Assembly (NCBI GenBank): GCA_963774265.1
Contig: CAVZDU010000003.1
Location: forward strand, 128,001-192,000
Length of the DNA stretch: 64,000 nt
Direction: 5' to 3'
DNA from: an uncultured Chloroflexia bacterium
GTDB lineage: Bacteria; Chloroflexota; Anaerolineae; CG2-30-64-16
Below, in pieces: positions 12,243 to 21,347 of this stretch. The notes beneath the pieces were generated by a model. That model had not been told where the DNA came from. It ran no database searches and was given only the letters and a program-made list of their open reading frames with translations. Numbering within the stretch: position 1 is the first letter of the stretch; each line of letters opens with the position of its first letter. The position numbers were made by a program, and so were the translations under genes.

Positions 12243-14740
12243 TTACGGCTCCACCACAACCGCGGCTAACTCGACATAATCCCCACCGGGGCCGGTCAGC
12301 CGCGGCGCGCCCTCTGCGTCGCCCCGGTACATCCCCGCGATCAACCGATACGCGCCCGGCGGCGCGTCGAGCGCCAGTGCAACATTGTCCGTTACGGTCT
12401 GCCCCGGTTCGAGCGCAGCGGTTGGGTGCAGCCCATCCCCCGGCCAGCGATCCGACTGTGCTTTGACCTGGCCGTCCGCGCCGAGCAGTTGCAGGAATAC
12501 GGTGTAATTTGCCTGCGGCTTCCGGTCCGCGCGCCAGTCGAGCGAGATTTGCAGCACATCACCGCTCCGCACCCGCACCTCCCCGTCGCGTGTCGGCTGT
12601 GAGGATCCTGGCTGCCTTCGACGCCGAGCCGTGCCTCCACCAGCGTAAGCTCGCCCAACGTCTGCGCAGCCTCCAGCCGCTCCGCAATCTGGCCCGCCGC
12701 CGAGAAACGGATCAACCGGGCCCACTCCTCGAATTTCTGCTCGCTCAGCTTATACGCATGGTCGGTGAGCCAAAGTTCCCAGGACCGGCGCTCCTCCTGG
12801 TCATCCGCCTGGGCGTTCCGGTCGCGGCCCAGGTAGATGGCATCGTAGCGCGACATGAGCCGGCCCGCCAGCGCCTCGTCAACCGGTTTGGCCTGCAGCG
12901 AGTACCAGGGCAGCGGCGCGGCCAGGTAGTTGAGGAAATAGTCGGTCAGCGCCGGATCGGGCACCAGAAACACGTCTTGACACTGGACTCGCAGACCCTG
13001 GCGTTCGCAGCGCGCGTTCTCCAACTCGGCCATCATCGGCTTCAAGAACCGGTCGACGTCGTATTTGTCGTAGCGCGCATCACCCTGCCGGTAGATCATC
13101 AACAACCCCGAAGCGCCCGCGAGCATCACGGCTGCCGTCCCCCAACCGATCACGCGCGCCGCGGCGGGCCGCCGCCAGATCGCCACGAGCGCACTCGCAC
13201 CCACAAGAGCGAGCGCCAGCGACAGGATCAGCCCCCCGGGGAGGACGGCCACCGCACCCTGCGGCCGCTGCTGCACCCAGGCGAAATCGAGCGGCTGCCC
13301 TCCCAACAGCAGACGCAGATGCCCCAGCACCGGCGAATGTTCGGGCCGCAGCATCAACCCCTCGATGGCTTGGCCCAGCCCACCCCAGATCGGGATGTTG
13401 TCGAGCAGCCACCGGATCTCCCATGTGACGAGGTCGATCGACACCCCCAAAACCTGGATCAGCACGCTCAAGACGATCAAGAACCAGGACGCCACCACCT
13501 TCCAGATCGCGACCGAACGGCGCTCGACTCTTTCCTCGTTTGCGGAGCGTCGTTGTGGGACACCCGTTTCAGAGTTCTCTGTGCTCTTTGTGGCTAGAAT
13601 TCGCCAAACCGGCGCGGCGAGCAGCACCAGGAAAGGCACGATCGGCAGGAGGTAGCGCATCCCCCACGCGACGCCGCCCGACCAGTAGTTGTAGCGGCTG
13701 TATCCCACCACGTGGGCCGCGACGATCAACAGGCTGGTCCACCCTTCCCAGCGGTGCTGTCGCGTGAAACGCCACGCGCCGATCAGGCCGAGCAGCAGCA
13801 CCGGGCAGTACCAGAACAACCCCTTGTACGGGCTGACCGTGATCCCCACGAACGCGCGCAGCATTCGCATGGGCACGGTCTGCGAGAGTTGCGGATTGGT
13901 CGTATACTCGACGATGTTGCGGCCGAACGTTTCAACCCCGCTGAGGGTCATCCAGTTGTAGGCCTGGTACAGGAGCAGCAAGATCGCGAGGGGGATGGCT
14001 GCAGCCACCAGCATGGCCAGGCGGCTGCGCCACAACGCCTTGCCGGGATCCGCCGGCCGCCGCCATTCGCACCCGAATGCCAGCAGCGCCAACCCGGGGA
14101 TCACGCCGACGCTGATCAGCTTGGTGACGATGGCCAGCCCGAGTCCAAATCCTGCCAGGCTGGGCCAGACCCAGCGCCGGAGGGAGGGTTGCCGGTCCAC
14201 AGGACTGCCTGCCGGCCTGTAGCGCAGCAGGGCATAGAACGCGAGCAGGTACGCGAATGTCGTCAGCGGCTCGCGGAAGAAGGTGCGGCTGTACGGCCAC
14301 GCCAGCGTCGCGAAGGCAAACACGAGCGTCCCCAGCAGGCCGGTCCGACGACCGTAACCCAGCTCGATAAAGATCAGGTAGAGAAGCGAAGCCGCCGCGG
14401 CCAGCACGATGGCATTGAAGAAGAGCGCGCCCTGCACCCCTGCATCGAGCGCCCGGCCCCACAGGTATAGGGGGATCGGCGCCACCATCTGACCGGGTTC
14501 GTAGTTCGGGACCATGTCGCCCGCAATGGTGAGCATGCCCACCGCCGTGTAGTCCCAGTAGATCTGGTTGGCCGTGAACTCCGCGCGCTTGACGAAGCTG
14601 TCCATGCCGGAGAAATAAGCGCGCTCATCGTTGCTCTTGAACGCGCCGACGTAGGTGAAGAGGTAGACCCCCAACACCAGGAAGAAGATGCCGACAGCAC
14701 GCGAGCGCTCTCGCAAGAGCGGTGGCGGAACGCTTCTCAT
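12243..14740 (-). CDS. GT-C (PMT/ArnT-like) membrane glycosyltransferase with C-terminal beta-sandwich module (frameshift near 12600)
   Basis: KSNDERAY acidic motif, WPYSRTFFREP, SPYKGLFWYCP and WSGGVAWGMRYLLP. The C-terminus is in ORF 12243..12725 (NYTVFLQLL...PPGAYRLIAGMY). Confidence 0.75.
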
Positions 14741-14753
14741 GACAAGATGGTTC

Positions 14754-16901
14754 TCACTCCACTTGCAAGGATGGCAGCAAGATCGAGCGCCAGAGAATGC
14801 TCAGCGGCGGCTGAACCGTCTCGGGCCTTGGCTCGAGTTGTTCGCCCGTCTCGGGATTGAACCAGCCGACCTCCAGCAGATACTCGCCGGGTGGAATTCC
14901 TGCAGACATCTGCAACAGCACCTGGTCGACGTATACCTGGTCGCGCCAGAACTCGACATTCTCCCGGCCGCCCGGGTTGAAGTGTTCGTCCTGCGCCCAA
15001 TGGCCTCCCGGGTTGTCCGGATTGGCAGTCTGCCCGGGTCCGGGGCGGACATGCACGAAGGTTGCCAACTTGACGCCTTCAGAGGCATTGCCCTGCCAGT
15101 AGAGCGTCAACAGGATCTGCCCGCCGGGAGCGACCTTTTGCTGCGAAATCGTGTATCCCCGCAGGTGCGGGCCACCGGCGAAATCGACGTCCACGATTGC
15201 GGCTGCATTGCATAGCAGCTCGCTATCGGGCAGCGGTTCACCTCCCGGCATTCGGTATTGTGCCAGAAGATCGTCGTATTGTCCCGTATTCATGGCCCAG
15301 CTGGTGCGCAGTCGCTCCCCGGTGAACAGCGGCCCCTGGGTAATCACCCGCAGCCGATCGTAGTACTGGGCCAGCCCCTGGTTGCAGAGCTTATTCTCAC
15401 CCGAAGCCAGGGTCTCAAGATAGCCGGCCGGGATGAGACGCTCGAAATGGCCGATGCGCCAGGGTTTGTCTTTTGGCAAGGGCAGCCGCGCGAGCAGCGG
15501 ATCGGCCAGCGTGTTGAGATCGACAAGATGCTTTTGCGGGCCGGCATAGTAGCCGAAAATGCCGGCGACCCCGAATATGTGCACGGGAAACGGATTCTCG
15601 CGCGCCTCCAGTCCCAACGCGACGAGGCCCTGGTTGGGATACGGCGGCTGCTTCTGGTTGAGGAGTCCCGTGCCCTCATAGAAACAACTGCGTTCGTCCG
15701 ACACGCCCGACGGTCCGATCCCCGCCGCGTCGCACTTCATGAAGCGCGTCCCAGGAATCGGCGCGTACGGCCCGGCCAATCCGACGACGATGATGAGGAT
15801 GGTCGCGATAAGCGAAAGTGCCCCAGGTGCCCGGCACTTCGAAAGTGCCGGGCACTTAGCAGTAGCCACCCCAAGTGCCCGGCACCTGCCAGGTGCCGGG
15901 CGCTTACCCGCAATCAGCATCGCACCCAGCACGGGGGCAGCCAGGAAGCGCCCGCTCATGAAGTCGCCGCCGATCCAAACCACATAGCCAAGGTAAAGGA
16001 CGATGCCCGCCGCCCAGAACAGAAGGCCTGGCCGTCGTGACCAGACCGCGGTCGCCAGGCCGAAGACGATGAGCAGCGAGCTCAGCGGATCGATAGCCGT
16101 CGAACGGACAAGATACGTCAGCCCTTGCCGCACCAGCGCGACCTGGTCGATGCCGTGGCTCAATTTGGCGAAATAGGTGTTTGGCGCAAGGAACCCGTAA
16201 TACAGGAGTGAGAAGGCCTCCCATGCCAGGAGGGGCAGGAAACCCAGCAGGATCATCCCGATCGCTCTGGGCGCCTGCCGGCGAATTTCGGCCCGGCCCT
16301 GCCAGAGCACGTACGCGAAAGCAGGTGCGACGAAGAGGACGATGTCGGGCCGGTTCAAGGCGAGGAGCGCGGTGATCAGCGACAGAAGAAAGAGGCGGCG
16401 CAGCTCGCCGCCATTTTGCATCAGGACGATGAAGAAGAGCACCAGAAGCAGGTGTGTCAGCGGGTTCTCCAGGCCCGAGGTGGAATAATCCGTGAAGGCC
16501 TTGGACAGCGTGAGACCGGTCACTGCGAGAAGCGATGCCTGCCATGAGGCCCCAACACGGGTCACGACTAACCCAACCACCGCCAGCGAGATCGCCGCGG
16601 ATACCAGGAGCGTTGTGAAGTACGCGTCGCGCGTAACGAAGTAGAAGGCCGACAGGACCAACATCCACAGCGGGTGGGTGTAGGCCTGGACCCGCTCCGC
16701 GACGTTCCACGTGAGGCCGTAGCCGTGCACGAAATTGTCTATCGTGCGTAACGTGATATAGGCGTCGTCGCTCATCCATGCCGTGCGCAGCAGAACCCCC
16801 GCAAAGACCGCGACGAGGGCGGCCGCGGCCCAGTGGGTGGTTGGCCACTCCCGGACTGGGCCGATGACGCCTCGCGTTCCTCGATCCTTCATGCGTGTCA
16901 C
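14754..16901 (-). CDS. GT-C glycosyltransferase, arabinofuranosyltransferase (AftB-like) type
   Basis: SDDAYITLRTIDNFVHGYGLTWNVAERVQAYTHPLW, TSGLENPL, APNTYFAK, GGDFMSGRF, RIGHFER, plus the shared C-terminal module. Confidence 0.75.
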   Translation of the reverse strand: MTRMKDRGTRGVIGPVREWPTTHWAAAALVAVFAGVLLRTAWMSDDAYITLRTIDNFVHGYGLTWNVAERVQAYTHPLWMLVLSAFYFVTRDAYFTTLLVSAAISLAVVGLVVTRVGASWQASLLAVTGLTLSKAFTDYSTSGLENPLTHLLLVLFFIVLMQNGGELRRLFLLSLITALLALNRPDIVLFVAPAFAYVLWQGRAEIRRQAPRAIGMILLGFLPLLAWEAFSLLYYGFLAPNTYFAKLSHGIDQVALVRQGLTYLVRSTAIDPLSSLLIVFGLATAVWSRRPGLLFWAAGIVLYLGYVVWIGGDFMSGRFLAAPVLGAMLIAGKRPAPGRCRALGVATAKCPALSKCRAPGALSLIATILIIVVGLAGPYAPIPGTRFMKCDAAGIGPSGVSDERSCFYEGTGLLNQKQPPYPNQGLVALGLEARENPFPVHIFGVAGIFGYYAGPQKHLVDLNTLADPLLARLPLPKDKPWRIGHFERLIPAGYLETLASGENKLCNQGLAQYYDRLRVITQGPLFTGERLRTSWAMNTGQYDDLLAQYRMPGGEPLPDSELLCNAAAIVDVDFAGGPHLRGYTISQQKVAPGGQILLTLYWQGNASEGVKLATFVHVRPGPGQTANPDNPGGHWAQDEHFNPGGRENVEFWRDQVYVDQVLLQMSAGIPPGEYLLEVGWFNPETGEQLEPRPETVQPPLSILWRSILLPSLQVE
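15825..15905. repeat. Two tandem GTGCC..GGCAC REP-like hairpins inside a CDS
   Basis: AGGTGCCCGGCACTT-CGA-AAGTGCCGGGCACTT and AAGTGCCCGGCACCT-GCC-AGGTGCCGGGCGCTT. The same family occurs at 19967-20024 and 51247-51297. Confidence 0.8.
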
Positions 16902-19315
16902 CGCGTTGCCGTCGATCCGACGCGCAGGTTGGGCAGGAGCACCGACCGCCAGAGGATGCGCAGCGGCGCCTGGACTGACTCCGGAGGCACATCCGCCTGC
17001 TCCCCGGTTTCGGGATTAAACCAGCCCACCTCGAGGAAATACTCCCCGGCCGGCATGTCCTCGGGCAAGCGCAGCCGGTACACGTCGCGGTACAGCTTGC
17101 CAGGTAGATGATCCCGGGTCAGCAGCCCACCGGGCGAAACGTGCTCATCCTGCGCCCACATGCCGTTCGCAGCCCGGGGATTGCCGGGTTGCCCCTCGGC
17201 TGAGGGACGCACGTGCGCAAAACTCCACAGCGTCTCTGTCATACCGTCAACGGCCTGCCAATACAGTTCGAGTCTCACCTGGTCCCCAGGCTTCAAATCG
17301 TATGACTCGACAGAGTAGCCACGCAGGCGGGGCCCATCGACAAACGGCACATCCGTCGTCACCTGCGCACCGCAGACGCGCTCTGGGGTCGACGCACACC
17401 GGAACCATGTGGTGTGCGGATCAATAACAGCGATCTTGAGTATCAGCAGCGCCGTGAGGCCCACAAGTGACCAGACGGGGAGAGTGGCTGACACCCCTTG
17501 GACCACGGACTCCGGCGCCTCCATGCGTTCATCGGCGCCGGGAACGGAAGTATTTCTCATTTGCCGGCGCCATAGCGCCCATCCACTCGCAAGAACCAAC
17601 ACGAGCACACTGAGCCCGCTCACCCAGAAGCCCAGCCGTTCGACCGCGGTGGTGCGGTAGCGCAGCGCCACCGCGTGGTCGCCGGCCGGCACGGCCAGTT
17701 GCACGTAGCCCGTGCCTTCTTGTGGGGCCAGCGCCGCGGGCGCGCCGTCCACGGTGGCGTCCCAGCGGGGGTAATACAGAAGGTGCAGTGTCGCGGTGGT
17801 CGCCGCGGCCGCACTGACCTCAAGATTCCATGCCTGGTTTTTGACGTGCGCCGACCGCACTTGTAGATCACCAGACGCGAGCGGCTTCCGGGCGGCGTCG
17901 AAATCGTCACCCAACTCTGCCAGCAACTTGTCGTCAAAGGGCGCGGTGCGCGCGAGCGGCGTGAATTCTCCGAAGGCGGTCAGGGCGGAGCCGCCTGATG
18001 CGATTTCTGATGCCCTGACCTGCCTGAGGTCGACCGGCAGCTGGAACTCCGTGTACCGATGTTGGAGCTCCACATAGAGCGATGGCAGTGCGATGAGCAC
18101 GAAGACTCCCGCCAGCGCCATCCCCAGCGTGCGCTGCCAGCGGGGCGACAAGATTGCCACGACGAGTCCGACGACGGTCGCGGCCGCCAGCGCCTGAACC
18201 CCCATCAAGCGGGTCCGGTACAGCAGCCTTGCCAGCAGGGACCCTCCAAGACGCCAAAACCAATCTGCGAACGGGGTGAGGATCCAGAGCAAGAACAATC
18301 CGGCCACCGTTGCAGCAATGAGTGCGTAGGCGATTGGCCGGTTCCGGCGCCAGGCAACAAGGGTCGCTGGAATACCCAACAACAGTAAGACCGTATGGGC
18401 CAGCCCTACGCGGTCGCCAACATTGTTATTATCGCGCGCCACGTCGTACACCACCGGCGGGGCCAGCAACTGGTCCAGAGGGATTGGGTTATTTGCCGGA
18501 ATGGCCTCTACCTGTGTGAAGTCGCGCTGGACATGCACCCAGTTCTGTTCCTGGGCCATAGGCAGCCAAATAAATGCCGTCAGCAGTCCGCCAGCCACCA
18601 GCGCCAACAGGGGTGCAGCAGTGCGATGGCGCCACCAGAGGCATACCGCCAGAAGTCCGGCGAAGGGCGCCAGCATCAGCGGTCCAAGCACATGCGACCC
18701 GATACACGCCGCCCACACGAGCGCCGCCACCAGGAAACGCCCCATCCCCGGCTGCTTGGCAAGCCAAAGCAGGCTCCACAGCACCAGCGGATACAGGAAC
18801 ATGCTGTACGCCTCGTTCGATCCTCGTTCGAGCGCGTTGCGCAGGACATAGGGCGCGTACAGATACGCTACTGCCGCGACCAGCGCAGGCCAACGTCGTC
18901 CGGTGATCTCACGCACAAGCAAGTAGGCGCCGAGGAACGCCAGGCCAAACCCGGCTGCCACCAGGCAACGCCAGCCGAGCGGATGCGACAGCCCCAGGCG
19001 ATACAGCAGGTCCATGCCGTAGTACGGGAGTGGCGGCTGGAACGTAAAGAGCGGACTTCCCAATCCCCAATGGAGGGACTGTGTCCAGCGCGGATACAAT
19101 ACGCCGTCATCAATCACATCGGAGAAGCTCACGCCGCGTAGAACATGTTCTGTTGCTGCATCGTATGCGACCGCACCGATGTCCTGGGTCAATGATACAA
19201 GGAGGACAGGCGCGGCCAACAGAATCAGAAGCCAGATCCAGCGGAGTGAAGTGCCGTGTGATCGCTCGGTCATTCTTTTCTCACGAGGCGCGGTCAATGA
19301 TGAGTGCATGGTCAT
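16898..19315 (-). CDS. PTPS-related (GT-C) membrane glycosyltransferase
   Basis: GVLYPRW, GLGSPLFTFQPPLPYY, ERGSNEAY, LYYPRWDATVDG, plus the C-terminal module. ATG 19315 overlaps the upstream stop (ATGA); 19273 is an alternative start. Confidence 0.75.
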   Translation of the reverse strand: MTMHSSLTAPREKRMTERSHGTSLRWIWLLILLAAPVLLVSLTQDIGAVAYDAATEHVLRGVSFSDVIDDGVLYPRWTQSLHWGLGSPLFTFQPPLPYYGMDLLYRLGLSHPLGWRCLVAAGFGLAFLGAYLLVREITGRRWPALVAAVAYLYAPYVLRNALERGSNEAYSMFLYPLVLWSLLWLAKQPGMGRFLVAALVWAACIGSHVLGPLMLAPFAGLLAVCLWWRHRTAAPLLALVAGGLLTAFIWLPMAQEQNWVHVQRDFTQVEAIPANNPIPLDQLLAPPVVYDVARDNNNVGDRVGLAHTVLLLLGIPATLVAWRRNRPIAYALIAATVAGLFLLWILTPFADWFWRLGGSLLARLLYRTRLMGVQALAAATVVGLVVAILSPRWQRTLGMALAGVFVLIALPSLYVELQHRYTEFQLPVDLRQVRASEIASGGSALTAFGEFTPLARTAPFDDKLLAELGDDFDAARKPLASGDLQVRSAHVKNQAWNLEVSAAAATTATLHLLYYPRWDATVDGAPAALAPQEGTGYVQLAVPAGDHAVALRYRTTAVERLGFWVSGLSVLVLVLASGWALWRRQMRNTSVPGADERMEAPESVVQGVSATLPVWSLVGLTALLILKIAVIDPHTTWFRCASTPERVCGAQVTTDVPFVDGPRLRGYSVESYDLKPGDQVRLELYWQAVDGMTETLWSFAHVRPSAEGQPGNPRAANGMWAQDEHVSPGGLLTRDHLPGKLYRDVYRLRLPEDMPAGEYFLEVGWFNPETGEQADVPPESVQAPLRILWRSVLLPNLRVGSTATR

Positions 19316-21347
19316 TTGGGTATCGATAGGAGCTGATCCGCCGCGTGGCCGGACACGGGAACCCAAGGCCCTTCCGGGAAAGGCCGCAAGCCGACTTCCG
19401 CTCTCACTGCCTGGTTTGTCACCTCTTGCGGCGGCAGGTATGTGTCGGCCACGACGCGCCCCACCGGCCACTTATCTGTGCTGAATCGGCCCGCGCCCGG
19501 CGATCGCTTCCACTCCCACAGGAGGTTGCCGTTCGCGTCGAGCAGCCGCAATGCCGTGCGCAGGTCATCGGGCGTCTTTTGCGCGGCGCGCCAGAACAGC
19601 GTCAATTGGCCCGGCGCCGGATCATCCCACGCAGCCGCCACCAATTCCAGGGGACCGAAGGCCACATTCATCGCCTGTGCTGCGGCGATTCGCTCCGGAT
19701 TGGGCTCGGGCGGAGGCGCGAAGGGCAGCACCAGGCCTGTGATCAGGCTGGCGATGGCGACGGCGGCCATGCCGCCGGCAAACAGGCCGCTCGTCACGCG
19801 TGTGGCGCGTCTTGGAAGCCAGGCGCCAAGCCCTCCTGCGACAAGCAGCGCAATGGGCGCTAGGGCCGGAAACAACAGGCGCCCCTGGTCGGTGCCGAGC
19901 GCCACACTGCTGTAGGAGAAAATGCCTGCCGCGGTCACCAGCGGCGCACCGAGGAGGATGATCCAGAGGTGCCCGGCACTTGCCAAGTGCCGTGCACCTG
20001 ATCCTCGCCAGTGCCGTGCACCTTCTTCGTCAGCCACAAGACCCATCCTGCGAGGGCGGCTGCGCCGATCGCTGCCCAGATGACATAAAGCGCAGCCGGC
20101 AAGGGGATGTGGCCCGCGCCGCCGAACTTCCCCCAGAAACTGAGCCACCATCCGGTCAACAACTGCACCACGTCCGCCAGCCCCAGCGGTCCCTGGCGTC
20201 GATCGATGGTCGCGAGCACCAGCGGCCACCCGAACGGATCGCCGTACAAACGCCAGTTGCGCCAGAGCCACGGCGCCGCGATCAGGAAGGCCGCAGCACC
20301 CGCCAGCGCCACCCGGATCAGGCCCGGCATCAGCGTACGCCAATCCAGGCGGCGCAACCCTTTCGGCCATGTTGAGATGATGAAGACTGCCGCCACGATC
20401 AGGGCCAGCGACCCCGTGCTCGCCTTCGTGACAAACGCCAGCCCAAGACAGACACCGGCCAGCACCGCACCGGCGACCGCCTTGTGGTTACTCACGGCAT
20501 TCGCCCTGTCGTTGTGAACATTAACGAGCTCGCCACCGGCGACCGCCTGCCCGTCAACGGGCAGGCTACGAAGCGACGCCCGCTGAAGCGGGCTAAGCGA
20601 GGCCGTCAATGCTGCGTTAGCCCCATTAATGGGGCGTTGTTGGGTAGCCCGGCGATTGATCGCCGGGCGGTCTTGCTGGTTTGGTGCGATTGCCTGGGGC
20701 TGAAGCCTAAGGCCGCGCAGCGCCAACCACATCGCCAGTGTCGCCCACATCGCGGCCAGCATGTCGTTGCTCATTGCGCCACCGACGAACAACGACTCCG
20801 GCAGGAACGCAGCGAACACAGCGCCCGCAAGTGCGAGCCCAGGCCGCTCGGGCCAGATCGCGCGGCCCAGCAAATACGTCGCCAGGACGAGCACCAACCC
20901 GGCCAGGATTGACACGAAGCGCCCCGCACGCATGGTGAGCACGCCATCGCGCCATGGCCAATCTTCCGCCGTCGTGTGAATGAAGAAATTGGTCGCCTGG
21001 CTCTGGGGACCGAAGGCCATGTCGGGATTGGCGCGCAGGAAGCTGCAGTCGGGCGAACCGCCGGCAAGCTTGCCGGCGGCGGCCGCGAGGATGTGATACA
21101 GCGGGGGGTGCTTGCCCTGCGTCATCTCCGGCCCGACGGGCAGCTTGCCTTCCTCCAGGATGTAGGCCGCGTACGCGTAGTGATCCGCCTCATCCGGCGC
21201 TTCGCCCAGCGGGGTGGCCAGGCTGAAGACGATCGCGAGGATCAATCGCAGTGCCAGCAGAACGATCAGCGCGCCCCGTGTGCGCCCTGCCTCTGCTGAG
21301 ACCGGGGATGGCATCAGGGCCTCGTGATCGTGATGCTTTTCGGCCAT
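19312..21347 (-). CDS. DUF2142/GT39-like GT-C glycosyltransferase (frameshift near 19960-20020)
   Basis: TPLGEAPDEADHYAY, KHPPLYH, MSNDMLA, RNWRLYGDPFG and SFWGKFG. It continues in ORF 19312..20370 (QGRLLFPAL...LTLFWRA). Confidence 0.75.
20544..20669. repeat. Inverted pair of GTAGCC double-hairpin REPs (REPIN-like) inside a CDS
   Basis: CGCCTGCCCGTCAACGGGCAGGCTAC...GCCCGCTGAAGCGGGCT and AGCCCCATTAATGGGGC...GTAGCCCGGCGATTGATCGCCGGGCG. A related copy is at 10885-10934. Confidence 0.75.
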
